Below are positions 1 through 10,188 of a stretch of DNA of 64,000 bases, in pieces (position 1 is the first letter of the stretch; every line of letters begins with the position of its first letter). The position numbers and the translations under genes are program-made. The notes under the pieces were generated by a model. That model made no database searches, had not been told where the DNA came from, and was given only the letters and a program-made list of their open reading frames with translations. The stretch comes from Chloropicon primus (taxonomy: Eukaryota): assembly GCA_023205875.1 (NCBI GenBank), contig CP060755.1:496001-560000 (forward strand), written 5' to 3'.

Positions 1-129
1 AGCCACAAGTATGGAGAAATAGGTACACAAGGCGACTCTATTTAGCTTCTTTGCTTTGGATTCTCGTGTATTTGTTTTCGGGAAGTGTTTGCCGGCAGAA
101 CGTTGTGGTAGCCCGTTGTTCGTTGTGCT

Positions 130-2592
130 ATGTCCGATTTTTCTAAACCGAATACAGAAGACGAGATACAGCCCACACGTAGGTCCTTCATGCAGAATGA
201 CAGAGGGATGACGAGGACCTTCAGTTCCAGGTCAGGGAAAGGGGACGAAGGTGAAACGAAGGTTAATGTGGTAATTGAGCCAGCCACCCCTGTCCCAACA
301 TGGAGGCAGAAGCTCTTGACTTTGGTGGATTCGACATGGTTTTCCCTCGTGTCGACCTTTGTTACTATTTGGGCGTTGTTTGGTCAAGATATCCAGCTCG
401 CCGGCACAGACAAAAGCACAGACGGAATCTTTGAAGGGTTGACCATAGCCTGTCTTGCCTTTTTCACGATGGAGCTTATCGGTACATCGATTGCCAAGCC
501 CGTGGACTACTTCATGGGGTTCTATTTCTGGCTTGATTTCGTTGCCACGGCATCGATGATCTTTGATATTCCACAGGTGTTCGACGCCATCACGGCGAGT
601 ATGAGCGACGACTCCGGTGGCGCGGCTCAGTCCACCACCGTGTTGAAAGCCGGCCGCGCCAGTAGGGCGGGAACCAAGGCTGGTAGGATCGCGAGACTCG
701 TTCGTTTGATCCGTATTTTGAAGCTGTACAAGCAGTACATTGCGAGAAAGGAAGAGCTCAGAAAGGGTAACCTGGTCGTTGAGGATGACGAGGAGGAGAA
801 CCAGAGCAGAGTCGGACAGAAGCTTTCTGACTTGACCACGAGGCGTGTCATCATCGGAGTGCTTGCGATGCTTTTCATGTTGCCTCTTTTCGACTTGAAG
901 GGAGGATACTACGACGAGCCCCTCGGACTGGACTACTACGGCCTTGAGATGCTTCACAAGATGCACCAGGCCGGGCAAGACCCTCAGTACACGCTGTTCT
1001 TTGACTCCACCGTGGACACTTTCAAGAATGGAGTGAAGGCGTCAAAGACGAGTACTGGCGGAAAAACCACCCACAAGGTGTATCACCTCGTGGTCTGCGA
1101 CGAGGTCCTCATCGAGGGAGAAAGCAAGAGACCTGATTTCAGGAAAGATTTGGAGACCTTGGAGTACGCTTACACGAACGAGTTCACCGAGTGCGTCTCT
1201 ACGGTGTACTTTGACACCAAGTGGGAGAGTCAGCTGCAAGCGATCTTGAATATTATGAGGACCTTGTTCATCTGTATTATCCTTCTGGTGGGAGCAATGT
1301 CTTTCAGCAAGGATGCGAACCAGCTGGTTTTGATCCCTATTGAGAGAATGATCAAGAAGGTTCGTTTGCTGTCAGACAACCCCCTTGCTGGATCCAAGAT
1401 GAAGACGGAGACCGGCGGGGAGGACTCCCAGTACGAGACCAGGATTCTGGAGAACGCCTTCATCAAGATCAGTAGCTTGCTCGCTATCGGTTTCGGTGAT
1501 GCTGGTGCTGAGATCATCGGAGAGAACATGAAGAGCGGCGGAAACATCAATGCTATGGTCCCTGGTAAGAAGATGTACGCCATCTTCGGGTTCTGTGATA
1601 TCCGTCAGTTCACGGACGCCACGGAGGTGCTCCAGGAGGGCATCATGGAGTTCGTCAACAGTATCGCCAAGATTGTCCACATGGAGGTCGCCATGCACGG
1701 CGGTAGCGCCAACAAGAACATCGGTGACGCTTTCCTCCTCGTGTGGAAGTTCCCTCCTGGCACCACTGCTGATGACCTCGCGAACGTTGACTCCCTGCCA
1801 GCCGAGAAGAGGGAGGCGATCAAGAGCTTGGCCGACAAGGCTTTGGCCAGTTTTGTCATCATCATGTCCGGTCTCAAGAGGTCCAAGATGTTGAACCGCT
1901 ACAGGACCCACCCCGGGCTCAACGAGCGTATGCCAAACTATGACGTGAAAATGGGTTTCGGTCTCCACGCTGGCTGGGCCATTGAGGGAGCCATCGGTAG
2001 TGATTATAAGATTGACGCTTCTTACTTGTCTCCGAACGTGAACATGGCTTCTCGTCTCGAGGCCGCCACGAAGCAGTTCAGGACTCCACTTCTTCTGAGT
2101 AGGAATTTTGTGGACTTGATGTCCAAGAGCGCCACCAGCATGGTGAGGCAGATCGATTGCGTGACCGTCAAGGGATCCAACGAGCCAATGGGTCTTTACA
2201 CTTTTGACACCGACTTGACCGCCGTGGAGTCGGAGCCACAGAGCCTGACCTTGAACAGCCCAGCCGAGAAGGAGGAGAACACGGTGAACGACATCCTCAC
2301 CTACTCTCACCACGACTACACTGACGAGTTCAAGGAGAACCCAGACATCACCAAGGTTCACAACGCGACTCCAGAGTTCCTGCAGAAGTTCGGCGAGGCC
2401 TTCCAGGCCTACATTGACGGAGACTGGGGCAAGTCCAGGGATATGATCAACAGCATCATCAACGAGAGGGTGGACAGCAACGGAGAGCCCGTCAGAGACG
2501 GGCCAAGTGAAACCCTTCTGGAGGTCATGGGTAGAACGAACTTCCAGGCTCCAAAGGACTGGGCAGGATACAGAGCTCTGACGGAGAAGTAG
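130..2592 (+). CDS. Class III adenylyl cyclase with N-terminal ion-channel/voltage-sensor-like membrane domain (ciliate/Plasmodium ACalpha type)
   Basis: 820-aa intronless ORF. Hydrophobic helices, an S4-like basic repeat RASRAGTKAGRIARLVRLIRILK, and cyclase motifs FCDIRQFT, NKNIGDA, GFGLHAG, KIDASY, NMASRLE. The K and D specificity residues indicate ATP. Confidence 0.9.
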   Translation: MSDFSKPNTEDEIQPTRRSFMQNDRGMTRTFSSRSGKGDEGETKVNVVIEPATPVPTWRQKLLTLVDSTWFSLVSTFVTIWALFGQDIQLAGTDKSTDGIFEGLTIACLAFFTMELIGTSIAKPVDYFMGFYFWLDFVATASMIFDIPQVFDAITASMSDDSGGAAQSTTVLKAGRASRAGTKAGRIARLVRLIRILKLYKQYIARKEELRKGNLVVEDDEEENQSRVGQKLSDLTTRRVIIGVLAMLFMLPLFDLKGGYYDEPLGLDYYGLEMLHKMHQAGQDPQYTLFFDSTVDTFKNGVKASKTSTGGKTTHKVYHLVVCDEVLIEGESKRPDFRKDLETLEYAYTNEFTECVSTVYFDTKWESQLQAILNIMRTLFICIILLVGAMSFSKDANQLVLIPIERMIKKVRLLSDNPLAGSKMKTETGGEDSQYETRILENAFIKISSLLAIGFGDAGAEIIGENMKSGGNINAMVPGKKMYAIFGFCDIRQFTDATEVLQEGIMEFVNSIAKIVHMEVAMHGGSANKNIGDAFLLVWKFPPGTTADDLANVDSLPAEKREAIKSLADKALASFVIIMSGLKRSKMLNRYRTHPGLNERMPNYDVKMGFGLHAGWAIEGAIGSDYKIDASYLSPNVNMASRLEAATKQFRTPLLLSRNFVDLMSKSATSMVRQIDCVTVKGSNEPMGLYTFDTDLTAVESEPQSLTLNSPAEKEENTVNDILTYSHHDYTDEFKENPDITKVHNATPEFLQKFGEAFQAYIDGDWGKSRDMINSIINERVDSNGEPVRDGPSETLLEVMGRTNFQAPKDWAGYRALTEK

Positions 2593-2954
2593 AAGCAAAC
2601 AACGAAAAGAAGCGGGGGGGTCTTTCTTCGAGATTGTTGGAGACGAAGAAATTCCTACACACACAAAAAAAACATCTTTGAACGATAAACGACAACAAAC
2701 AATTCATTTATCAATCCACCAAACACCACGAGCCCCCGGCACCCCCCCCCCTTGCCCCTCGTCCTCGTCGTCTCCGCTTCGCCTGCTCTCGTCTCCGCTT
2801 CGCTGCTCGTCTCCGCTTCGTCTTGGTTTTTTTTGAGGAGATGGAGGATCTCGAAAAAGAAAAAAAAATCAGATCAGAATCAATCACGCGAGATCGCACG
2901 CACGTGAGAGGAGGTGACGACACGAAAGCGAAACGCAAGCGCACACCCACGACG

Positions 2955-2987
<33 letters not shown>

Positions 2988-3006
2988 TACGGTGGTGCCT
3001 GACGGG

Positions 3007-3277
3007 ATGACGTCTTGTCGAATTCGCCAGGCCTCGAGAGGCGTGAGAAGCGTTGGTTACGGTTCGTCTCCTCTCGTCGAGGGGAGAGGGGCTACGAGGC
3101 ATGTGCCGAGGGTGGCCGCCTCCAGGAGGGTGGCCGGAACCGTGGCCCTCGACCCGAAGAGAGACAGGATCGAGACCTTCGAGTCCGCCCGCACGCTGAT
3201 CAGAGTACGTGACCGTCTCCTACGCCTTTTCGTTTTTTTTTGGGTGGGTTTTCTGTCCCTTTGACTGACCGACCGTT

Positions 3278-3319
<42 letters not shown>

Positions 3320-3919
3320 CGGCAGTTGGTGAACGAGGCCGTGGTGGAGGCGTCCGGGATCCACGACGACACGTTGACGTACGACGTGGTGACCGAGAGG
3401 GTGGCCGCGGCCCTGACGAGCTGGGTGAGGGACCTGGACGGCATCCTTCCCGAGGAATTCGTCCAGCCCTCGAGCAGGGGCTACGGTCGAAGGGCTTTGC
3501 ACGTGAATAAGGACGGATTGTTCGGGGTTATCATCATGGCGTGGGCCCCCGGTCAGTCGACTGCGATCCACGACCACGACGACATGTGGTGCGTGGAGTG
3601 CGTGTACGACGGCAGGGTCAGGATCGACGCCTACGACACGGAGGCGTACGGCAGAGAGGACCTCTACAACCTCGTCCCCGCGGCCCAGTCCTTCGGGGAC
3701 GTCGGGGAGTCCGGCCAGCTCATCCCTCCCAAGGACGTCCACAAGATCAGCAACGACGATCCGGCCAAGATGGCCGTCACGATCCATGTGTACGGGGGCC
3801 ACATGGAAAAGTGCTCGTGCTTCAGACCGAGGCCAGAGTTCGGAGACGACGTCTTCGAAAAGGAGTCCAGGAGCCTGTTCTTCACCAGAAACCCAAACTG
3901 GTGCGGAATCTGCGGCTGA
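3007..3919 (+). CDS. Cysteine dioxygenase type I family (cupin)
   Basis: Exons 3007-3204 and 3326-3919; intron 3205-3325 (GTACGT..CTGAC..GCAG) joins in frame. Motifs YGRR, WAPGQSTAIHDH, HKISN, TIHVY. Start codon inferred. Confidence 0.82.
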
Positions 3920-4038
3920 TTGCGCCCCGCCCCCCTCTCGCTTTTCGTAAGATCTTTTTGTATTTCATAGCGCGCGGCGCGTAAACGCACTAAACGCACC
4001 AACAGCAGTTTTTAATTACACATGACTTAGATGATTTG

Positions 4039-4076
<38 letters not shown>

Positions 4077-4081
4077 TAGCT

Positions 4082-5131
4082 CTACCGGCAAGGGAACGCC
4101 CTTCGTATGCGCTGGTTCTGCAGTGAGCAGAGCTCAGCTTGAATGGACCACCAGAGGCCTTCGAGCCGTTCCATGCTCCCGTCTCCAGCCGCCTTCCTGA
4201 CGTTGACGCTGCTGCTTTTGGCCCAAATGGCGGCCTTGATGTCATCCTCGGTCCAGTTCCCCTGCTTCGCTCTTGGCAAGCTCGAGTGGAGCTTCCTCGC
4301 CATCGTTGCATCCACATGAAAGTCAACCGCTGCGGGAAGCATGTTCTCTCTGGTCAATCGCGTGCTCTGGACTTTTTGGTTCAAAAAAGCATTTGACGTG
4401 ATCAACTCCGGTGCGCTCGATTGGTCCTTTGCTCCCTCCTCTTCAAGCATCTCGACGTCGCACCTCATGCCTCCGTAGGCGGCGCGCACGAGCAGAGCCA
4501 TGGCGACGTGGTCTCCCCGTGCATCCGCGGAGGACCAAACGCAGCCAGATACAGACGTCTTCCTTCTTTTGCTGCATCTTTCCCCCTCGTCGACGCCGTC
4601 GTTCTCCTCGTGCACGCCGTGACGAGCCAGTGCCAGAGCATATCTTTGGACGAATTCAAAGTCCCTCGGCCTCGGTCGGTAGTCGCAGCCCTTCGTCGAC
4701 ACTGCCAGCATGAGCCAAACGCAAGTGACGAGGTCCCTATCTGCCGTCCCGACGTCCTCGAGCGCGATGATCGGCATCCGGCGGCACAAAGAGGCGAACC
4801 CCCCCTTGCAGTGCGCCATCTCGAGGGCCGTCTGCTGAGCACTCCTGCCCAACCCCCTTCGGACAGCCTTCTGCAGGTTGGACTGCATGAGAGCCAGGTC
4901 GGTGCACCCCGGTCGACACTCCGCAGGGTCCTCCTCCACCGCCTCCCTCTCCCTCCACAGCTCGAGGTACACCGTCCTCTTGGTCTTGGACAAGCCCACT
5001 CGAGCCTCCCCTATTCGGGCATAATTCTTCGGAGGGGAAACGAGGAACGAGGCCTTGCCGTTCCCATCGCAACAGAAGTGAATCCGTGGCGGCGCTCTCT
5101 TCAAGAACGAGGACAGAGTGCCCTGCTTCAT
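4082..5131 (-). CDS. Protein with RarA/MgsA-like helical segment and N-terminal PIP-box-like motif, no AAA+ ATPase
   Basis: First ATG at 5131 (MKQGTLSSFL). SNLQKAVRRG and LCRRMPIIALEDVGTAD resemble the RarA/MgsA post-ATPase helices. No Walker A motif seen. Confidence 0.6.
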   Translation of the reverse strand: MKQGTLSSFLKRAPPRIHFCCDGNGKASFLVSPPKNYARIGEARVGLSKTKRTVYLELWREREAVEEDPAECRPGCTDLALMQSNLQKAVRRGLGRSAQQTALEMAHCKGGFASLCRRMPIIALEDVGTADRDLVTCVWLMLAVSTKGCDYRPRPRDFEFVQRYALALARHGVHEENDGVDEGERCSKRRKTSVSGCVWSSADARGDHVAMALLVRAAYGGMRCDVEMLEEEGAKDQSSAPELITSNAFLNQKVQSTRLTRENMLPAAVDFHVDATMARKLHSSLPRAKQGNWTEDDIKAAIWAKSSSVNVRKAAGDGSMERLEGLWWSIQAELCSLQNQRIRRAFPCR

Positions 5132-5178
5132 CACGAGGACCCAAACCAAAGGAACAAAACCGATGTTGAAGCCAGAAA

Positions 5179-5495
5179 GTCGAGTCCACTCGTTCAAGCG
5201 AGGTATCGTTGGAAAGCCCGGAAGACAACCCGTCGATCTGTTGGGTCCCCTCCTCGATCCACCGGCGCTCGCTCCCCCCAACCAATGCCCCTTGACTTGT
5301 TTCTCCTCCCCTCCTCTCGTTCTGTCGCGCAGTCAATCAATCTTCGACGAGCGGCGCGATGTCGAGTCCACTCGTTCAAGCGAGGTATCGTTGGAAAGCC
5401 CAGAAGACGACCCGTCGATCTGTTGGGTCCCCTCCTCGATCCACCGGCGCTCGCTCCCCCCAACCAATGCCCCTTGACTTGTTTCTCCTCCCCTC
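5179..5495. repeat. Direct repeat, 135 bp x2 (5179-5313, 5361-5495), period 182 bp, in a divergent promoter
   Basis: Near-identical copies from GTCGAGTCCACTCGTTCAAGCG to CTCCTCCCCTC, with about 2 substitutions. Confidence 0.95.
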
Positions 5496-5593
5496 GTCTG
5501 TCAGAGGAGGAGCGTAGGTTATTTTGAGAGCGGCGCTGGCGCTGGCGCTGGAGAGAGAAGGAGAGAGGAGAGAGGAGAGAGGAAGGTATAGCT

Positions 5594-6193
5594 ATGGTGT
5601 GTATACGAACTGCGACGATAGACGACCTGCTTTACATGCAGCAGTGCAACCTGATGTCCCTGCCGGAGAACTATCAGTTCAAGTATTACTTGTATCACTT
5701 GCTTTCGTGGCCTCAGCTTCTGCAGGTGGCGGAGGACGAGAGCGGTAGGATCGTGGGGTACGTGTTGGCCAAGATGGAAGAGGATCCCGGGGAGTCTCAC
5801 GGGCACATCACGAGCCTTGCGGTGAACAGGACGAGCAGGAAGGTAGGACTCGCGACGAGGCTCATGATGTCCGCGCACGACAGTATGGACGAGGTCTTTC
5901 AATCGCCCTTTGTCAGCTTGCACGTCAGAGTCACCAACAAGGCGGCGATACATTTGTACAAAAACATCTTGAAATACGGTAAGTGGTTGGATCATCACCC
6001 TGATTGGGTTCTCGTTTGGTTCCTGACTCGCGTCTTTGCCTTTCGCTGCTCGGAAACGCTAGACGTTCACGACGTGGAGGAGAAGTATTACGCGGACGGG
6101 GAGAACGCCTTTGACATGAGGAAGCGCTTCAGGAAGCCGACGGGGAGCAGCGAGAAAGGTGGCGGGGGGGAAGGGAAAAAGCCTGCAGGGTAG
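5594..6193 (+). CDS. NAA10: N-terminal acetyltransferase NatA catalytic subunit
   Basis: [51 protein letters not shown]. Intron 5979-6062 (GTAAGT..CTGAC..TAG, 84 nt). Confidence 0.95.
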   Translation: MVCIRTATIDDLLYMQQCNLMSLPENYQFKYYLYHLLSWPQLLQVAEDESGRIVGYVLAKMEEDPGESHGHITSLAVNRTSRKVGLATRLMMSAHDSMDEVFQSPFVSLHVRVTNKAAIHLYKNILKYGKWLDHHPDWVLVWFLTRVFAFRCSETLDVHDVEEKYYADGENAFDMRKRFRKPTGSSEKGGGGEGKKPAG

Positions 6194-6349
6194 ACCTGGC
6201 TAACCTCAACCAAGAGCAAAAGTTATACATACACGGTGCATGATTATGATACAGAATAAAACCAACCCGGACGCCGTCGTCGTCGTCGTTTCAAAAGTCG
6301 TGTCGTCGTGAGACGCCGGCCAGCCCCGGCCCTCCCTCCTCTTCCATTA

Positions 6350-7005
6350 TCACAGGAAGTAGCTCGGCGTGATTTTCCTCATCTCCACGTGGTGCAGCTC
6401 GTGCGGCGCGGCGGTGAAGACCTTGAAATCACACTTGAGCTGGTCGTCCAACTCGAGGACCGACGCGATGTTTCCACACCTGTAGCAGTAGTTCGGGGCG
6501 CTCCAAACCGTGACGAGCTGGCTGTCGAACATCCACTTGTACCCCTCCATCACCAGCTGGTGGGCCCTCGCGATGAAGCCGAGGCCGTTTATGTAGTTGA
6601 AGTGCTTGCAGATGTCTCCGCCGAAGAGGTACCCGGCTCCCCTCGGGCTCAAGCCCCACCCCGACATCTCCTCCGGGTCCGACCAGAGCAAATCGCACAT
6701 GGGCCCCTCGTGCGGCACCTCCTGCTTCCTGTCTATGCTCCTCACCCGGTCTATCGTAGAGATGCTCGGGGAGAGGCCCCCGTGTACCCCGAGCACCACG
6801 CCGTCCACCAAAGCGGCCAACGAAAGGTAGTCGAAGACCTCCACGCAATACCGCCACACGTTCAGCGTCCCGTACTTCCTCAGGCACTCGTCGTAGAACC
6901 CGTACACCTGGGTGATCTGCCTCGACTCGTGGTTCCCCCTTATCAAGAAGATCCTGTCCGGGTACCGCACCTATGCATCCACCACCGTCGTCGTCGTCGT
7001 CCACG

Positions 7006-7048
<43 letters not shown>

Positions 7049-7527
7049 GATGATTGTGTTGGGAGGAAAGGAAGAAGCACGGGAAGGAGCGTCGTTGTCA
7101 GTCGAGGTGCGCGTTCGTGTGCTGTCGAGGTGAGGGCCGAGGCGGAGCGCGCGACAAACAAGGTCTCTCTCCCTCCCTGTCCCTGTTCTCTGTCTCTCCC
7201 TCGGAAACCGAAGAACCTTACCTTGAGGGCCAAGAGCAGAAGAAACGTCTCGACGGAGTAGAAGCCTCTGTCGACAAAGTCCCCCATGAACAAGTAGTTC
7301 TTCTGAGGGCATTCCCCTCCGACCTTGAAGAGCTCCAACACGTCGAAGAACTGCCCGTGAATGTCACCGCATATCGTCACCGGTGGATAGATGGTCTGCA
7401 CGTTGCTCTCCTCCACGAGTATGTCTATCGCTCTCAGGCAAAGCGTCCGCACCTGCGTCTCGTCAAGGAGCTTGCACTCCTTGAGCTTGGAGATCCAATT
7501 GTCCAGGTCGGACGACGACGACGACAT
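6350..7527 (-). CDS. PPX: Ser/Thr protein phosphatase PP4 (PPX) catalytic subunit
   Basis: Exons 7527-7222 and 6970-6350; intron 7221-6971 (GTAAGG..TAG). [49 protein letters not shown]-terminal [11 protein letters not shown] and LALKVRYPDRI favour PP4 over PP2A/PP6. Confidence 0.9.
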
Positions 7528-8089
7528 TCTCTCACAACCGGACCCGCGACACGACACGACGCGACACGACACGCGCGGACCCTCGTACTCGGTCTCCTCG
7601 AGAAGCGCTTGAACAAATCGAGGAACTTCTCTGGATGGGAGAGAGTGAGGGAGAGAGAGGGAGAGAGTGGAGGATGGATGGCGAGGAGGGTGGGGATGGA
7701 GGGAACTGTCCCCGTCTCGTTCTCTATTTCTTTCTTTCTCTTCTTTCTTTCTTTCTCTCTCTTTCCTTTCCTTTCGTCGTGCATTGGAGGTGAGGTCAAG
7801 GAGAGGGGCACAGAGAGAGAGAGAGAGTGGAGGAGGGTGGTGCCGGAAGGGACGGGGGCATCGTCCTCCCGTGTCTGCGCCTCTTGACCTCTCTCCCTCT
7901 GCTTTTTTCTGGAGAGGGTGGTGGTGGAAGGGATGGAAATCACGAGGAGAAAGAGGCCGTCCTCTCCTCTCCCCCAACACAAACACGGCTTTGCTTGTTT
8001 TTTATGCATTAAAAAAATAGAAAAGGAAAAGAAACCTCAACGGCCTTCTGGTCTCCCGTCGTCTAGCCTTGATCTGCCTCGTCCCCCAC

Positions 8090-8434
8090 TCAGCAGTCGT
8101 CGTCAAAGCACCCCCTGTTCACCATTCTGTCCGCGACTCCAGAGTGAAAGTACTCGTGGTGGTAGTCCCCGTCCTCCTCGAAGAGCGCCGAGGGGACCAG
8201 GTAGTCGTCCTCAGGAGCCTTCGCCGCTTTCGCCGCGAAGAGGCTCCCCACGAACGCGATCCCGGTCGCCCTGGCGATCAAGCTCCCCATCGACCTCCGG
8301 GTCGCCAAGTGACGCTCCTCGTCCTCGCGGTACCGCGGAGCCTCCGCCTCGGCCCTCGCGACCACCGCGCACCCCCTCACCAACGCAGCCTTGCTCCGGT
8401 TCGCAAGCAGGAGCGATCGGTACATCGTACTCAT
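8090..8434 (-). CDS. Small protein with putative bipartite plastid/thylakoid-lumen (Tat) presequence
   Basis: 114 aa: Ala/Arg/Ser-rich N-terminus, TRRS, a hydrophobic stretch, AKA, then an acidic tail containing His and Cys. No family recognised. Confidence 0.5.
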   Translation of the reverse strand: MSTMYRSLLLANRSKAALVRGCAVVARAEAEAPRYREDEERHLATRRSMGSLIARATGIAFVGSLFAAKAAKAPEDDYLVPSALFEEDGDYHHEYFHSGVADRMVNRGCFDDDC

Positions 8435-8767
8435 TGCGATGCGATGCGACCAGCAAGAAGAAAACAAAAACACCTCCTCCCTCTAACGGCTTAGACGGAA
8501 CCTGCTGTGGTGGTTTGGATTATTCGCTTATTCGCTTCTTCGCTTCTTCCCTCTCACGAGTGACACAACAACAATCGTTTCGGGTTCGTTTATCCGGTAA
8601 CGCTCGTAACGCTCGTAGAAAAACTGCGCCTCCATCCCCCGCGGTCGGTCGTCTTCGGTTCCCTCGTCTCGTGTCGATCGCGGTCTCGCGCCGTGCGTGT
8701 GCGTCGGGCGTGACGAGGAAGCCCTGACCCTTTTTGATCGTTCAAAACGACGAAAAAAGGGGAACGA

Positions 8768-8858
8768 GGAGAGACGTTAGAAATCCACACGAATGGAACG
8801 TCTCTGGAAGAATGATTGGGTGAGATTTGGAGAGACGTTAGAAATCCACACGAATGGA
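8768..8858. repeat. 30-bp exact direct repeat (8768-8797, 8829-8858) in a divergent promoter
   Basis: GGAGAGACGTTAGAAATCCACACGAATGGA occurs twice; a partial third GGAGAGACG is near 8863. Confidence 0.9.
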
Positions 8859-8974
8859 TTTTGGAGAGACGAACCAACTCCCGTACATTTTAGTGTAAAC
8901 CTTGTACACCTCGGGGAAAGAGAAAGAGAAAGAGAAAGAGAAAGAGAAAGAGAAGGCAAGGGGCGCGATTGGCG

Positions 8975-9562
8975 ATGGCGTCGTCGTTGCGTTTGCTTCT
9001 GCGAGGAGGGTCCTCCTCCTCCTCCTCCTCCTCCTCCTCATCATCATCATCATGGTGGTGGTCCTCTGTGGTGGGCGGGTTCCACCGTCGTGGCGGTCGC
9101 GGTGACGGCCACCGTCGGTGGATCAACGTGGGGAGCGAGCTGTACAGCGACGTGCTGGATGGGGAGGAGCCCGGCGTGCACGTCAAGGGGTACGACCAGG
9201 AGGGGAGGTTCGTCATGGGGGACGGGAGGGTGATCAAGTCCCCCCTCCTGTGCTACAGCGGGAAGGTGTTCGTGTGGCGGGGGGTGGAGACGGTCAAGGA
9301 CGTGACGCCGGAGAAGCTGAGCCTGCTTCGGGCGGTGAAGCCGAAGCCGGACATCCTCGTGCTGGGATCGGGCTCGGGGAGCGGCGCGGGGCTTGGGAGC
9401 TCTGCGAGCAGGCTCTCCGAGTGCGTCAGGAGGGCGCTCTACGACCAAAACATAAGCGTGGAGGTCGTCGACACCAGGATTGCGATAAGCACCTTCAACA
9501 TCCTGCAACAGGAGGGCCGGAGGGTTGTCGCGGCTCTGCTCCCGGTGTCGTCCCCCGCCTGA
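8975..9562 (+). CDS. Mth938-domain protein, NDUFAF3-like (complex I assembly factor)
   Basis: Ser/Arg-rich presequence; PKPDILVLGSG, ISVEVVDTRIAISTFNILQQEGRRVVAALLP. Confidence 0.85.
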   Translation: MASSLRLLLRGGSSSSSSSSSSSSSSWWWSSVVGGFHRRGGRGDGHRRWINVGSELYSDVLDGEEPGVHVKGYDQEGRFVMGDGRVIKSPLLCYSGKVFVWRGVETVKDVTPEKLSLLRAVKPKPDILVLGSGSGSGAGLGSSASRLSECVRRALYDQNISVEVVDTRIAISTFNILQQEGRRVVAALLPVSSPA

Positions 9563-10188
9563 TCCACCCCTCTCCTCCCGTGATCAGTGCTACTCTTTCT
9601 CACGACTCTGTATTTAATCAATCAATGAACAGCCGGAGGAGCGGCAATAGAAGCGCGTGCCACCATCTTCTTCTCCTCCCCGTTGGGCCTTTCAGTCGTC
9701 GACCTTTCCGTCGCCCACCGCGAGCGAGGAAAAACCGAAAAAAACACGTGCCGCGACGATGGTGCGCGGGAGGCAGGCCCAGGAGAGAGGCCACTGCGAG
9801 AGTTTGGTCATCCCGCCCCCCCCCCAATCCTCCTCCCCTTCTCTCTCCAAAACCCAGCAGCACAGCACCCTGCCACCGTCTTGCCAACGAGAAGCGGCAA
9901 CCTTTGGAGTGCACCCAAAAGCCCTCCTCCTTGTGACAGAATAATGTTACGACGACGATAGCACAGCACAGCCCTCCCGAGGAAGGCTCCTGAGGACTCC
10001 TCTCCCCATTGTTGCTGTCCTCTTCGCTCTTGATAACAAAATGATGTCTCTCTCCTCCTCGGTCGGAACCCTCACCAGACCATCTATCATTGCTTCATTT
10101 TTTTCCCGGGAAAGACACAATCTTTGGGGTTATTGTACCATCCTAACCTCGAGTAGGCGCTCTTAGGAGGTAGCCTCCCACTTGTGCC

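Noticed and set aside
1372..2664. Long antisense/overlapping ORFs (also 14592-15689, 21042-22463, 32480-33925, 35591-37321, 53943-55148)
   Set aside because: Shadow frames of real genes with strong GC3 bias; no motifs.
8063..8092. Selenocysteine readthrough of Cys-TGA at the end of the 8434 ORF
   Set aside because: No SECIS-like ATGA/AA/GA stem was seen downstream on the - strand, and the extension is unremarkable.
7434..8727. ORFs with ERER/SLSL runs in spacers
   Set aside because: Translations of (GA)n/(CT)n microsatellites.
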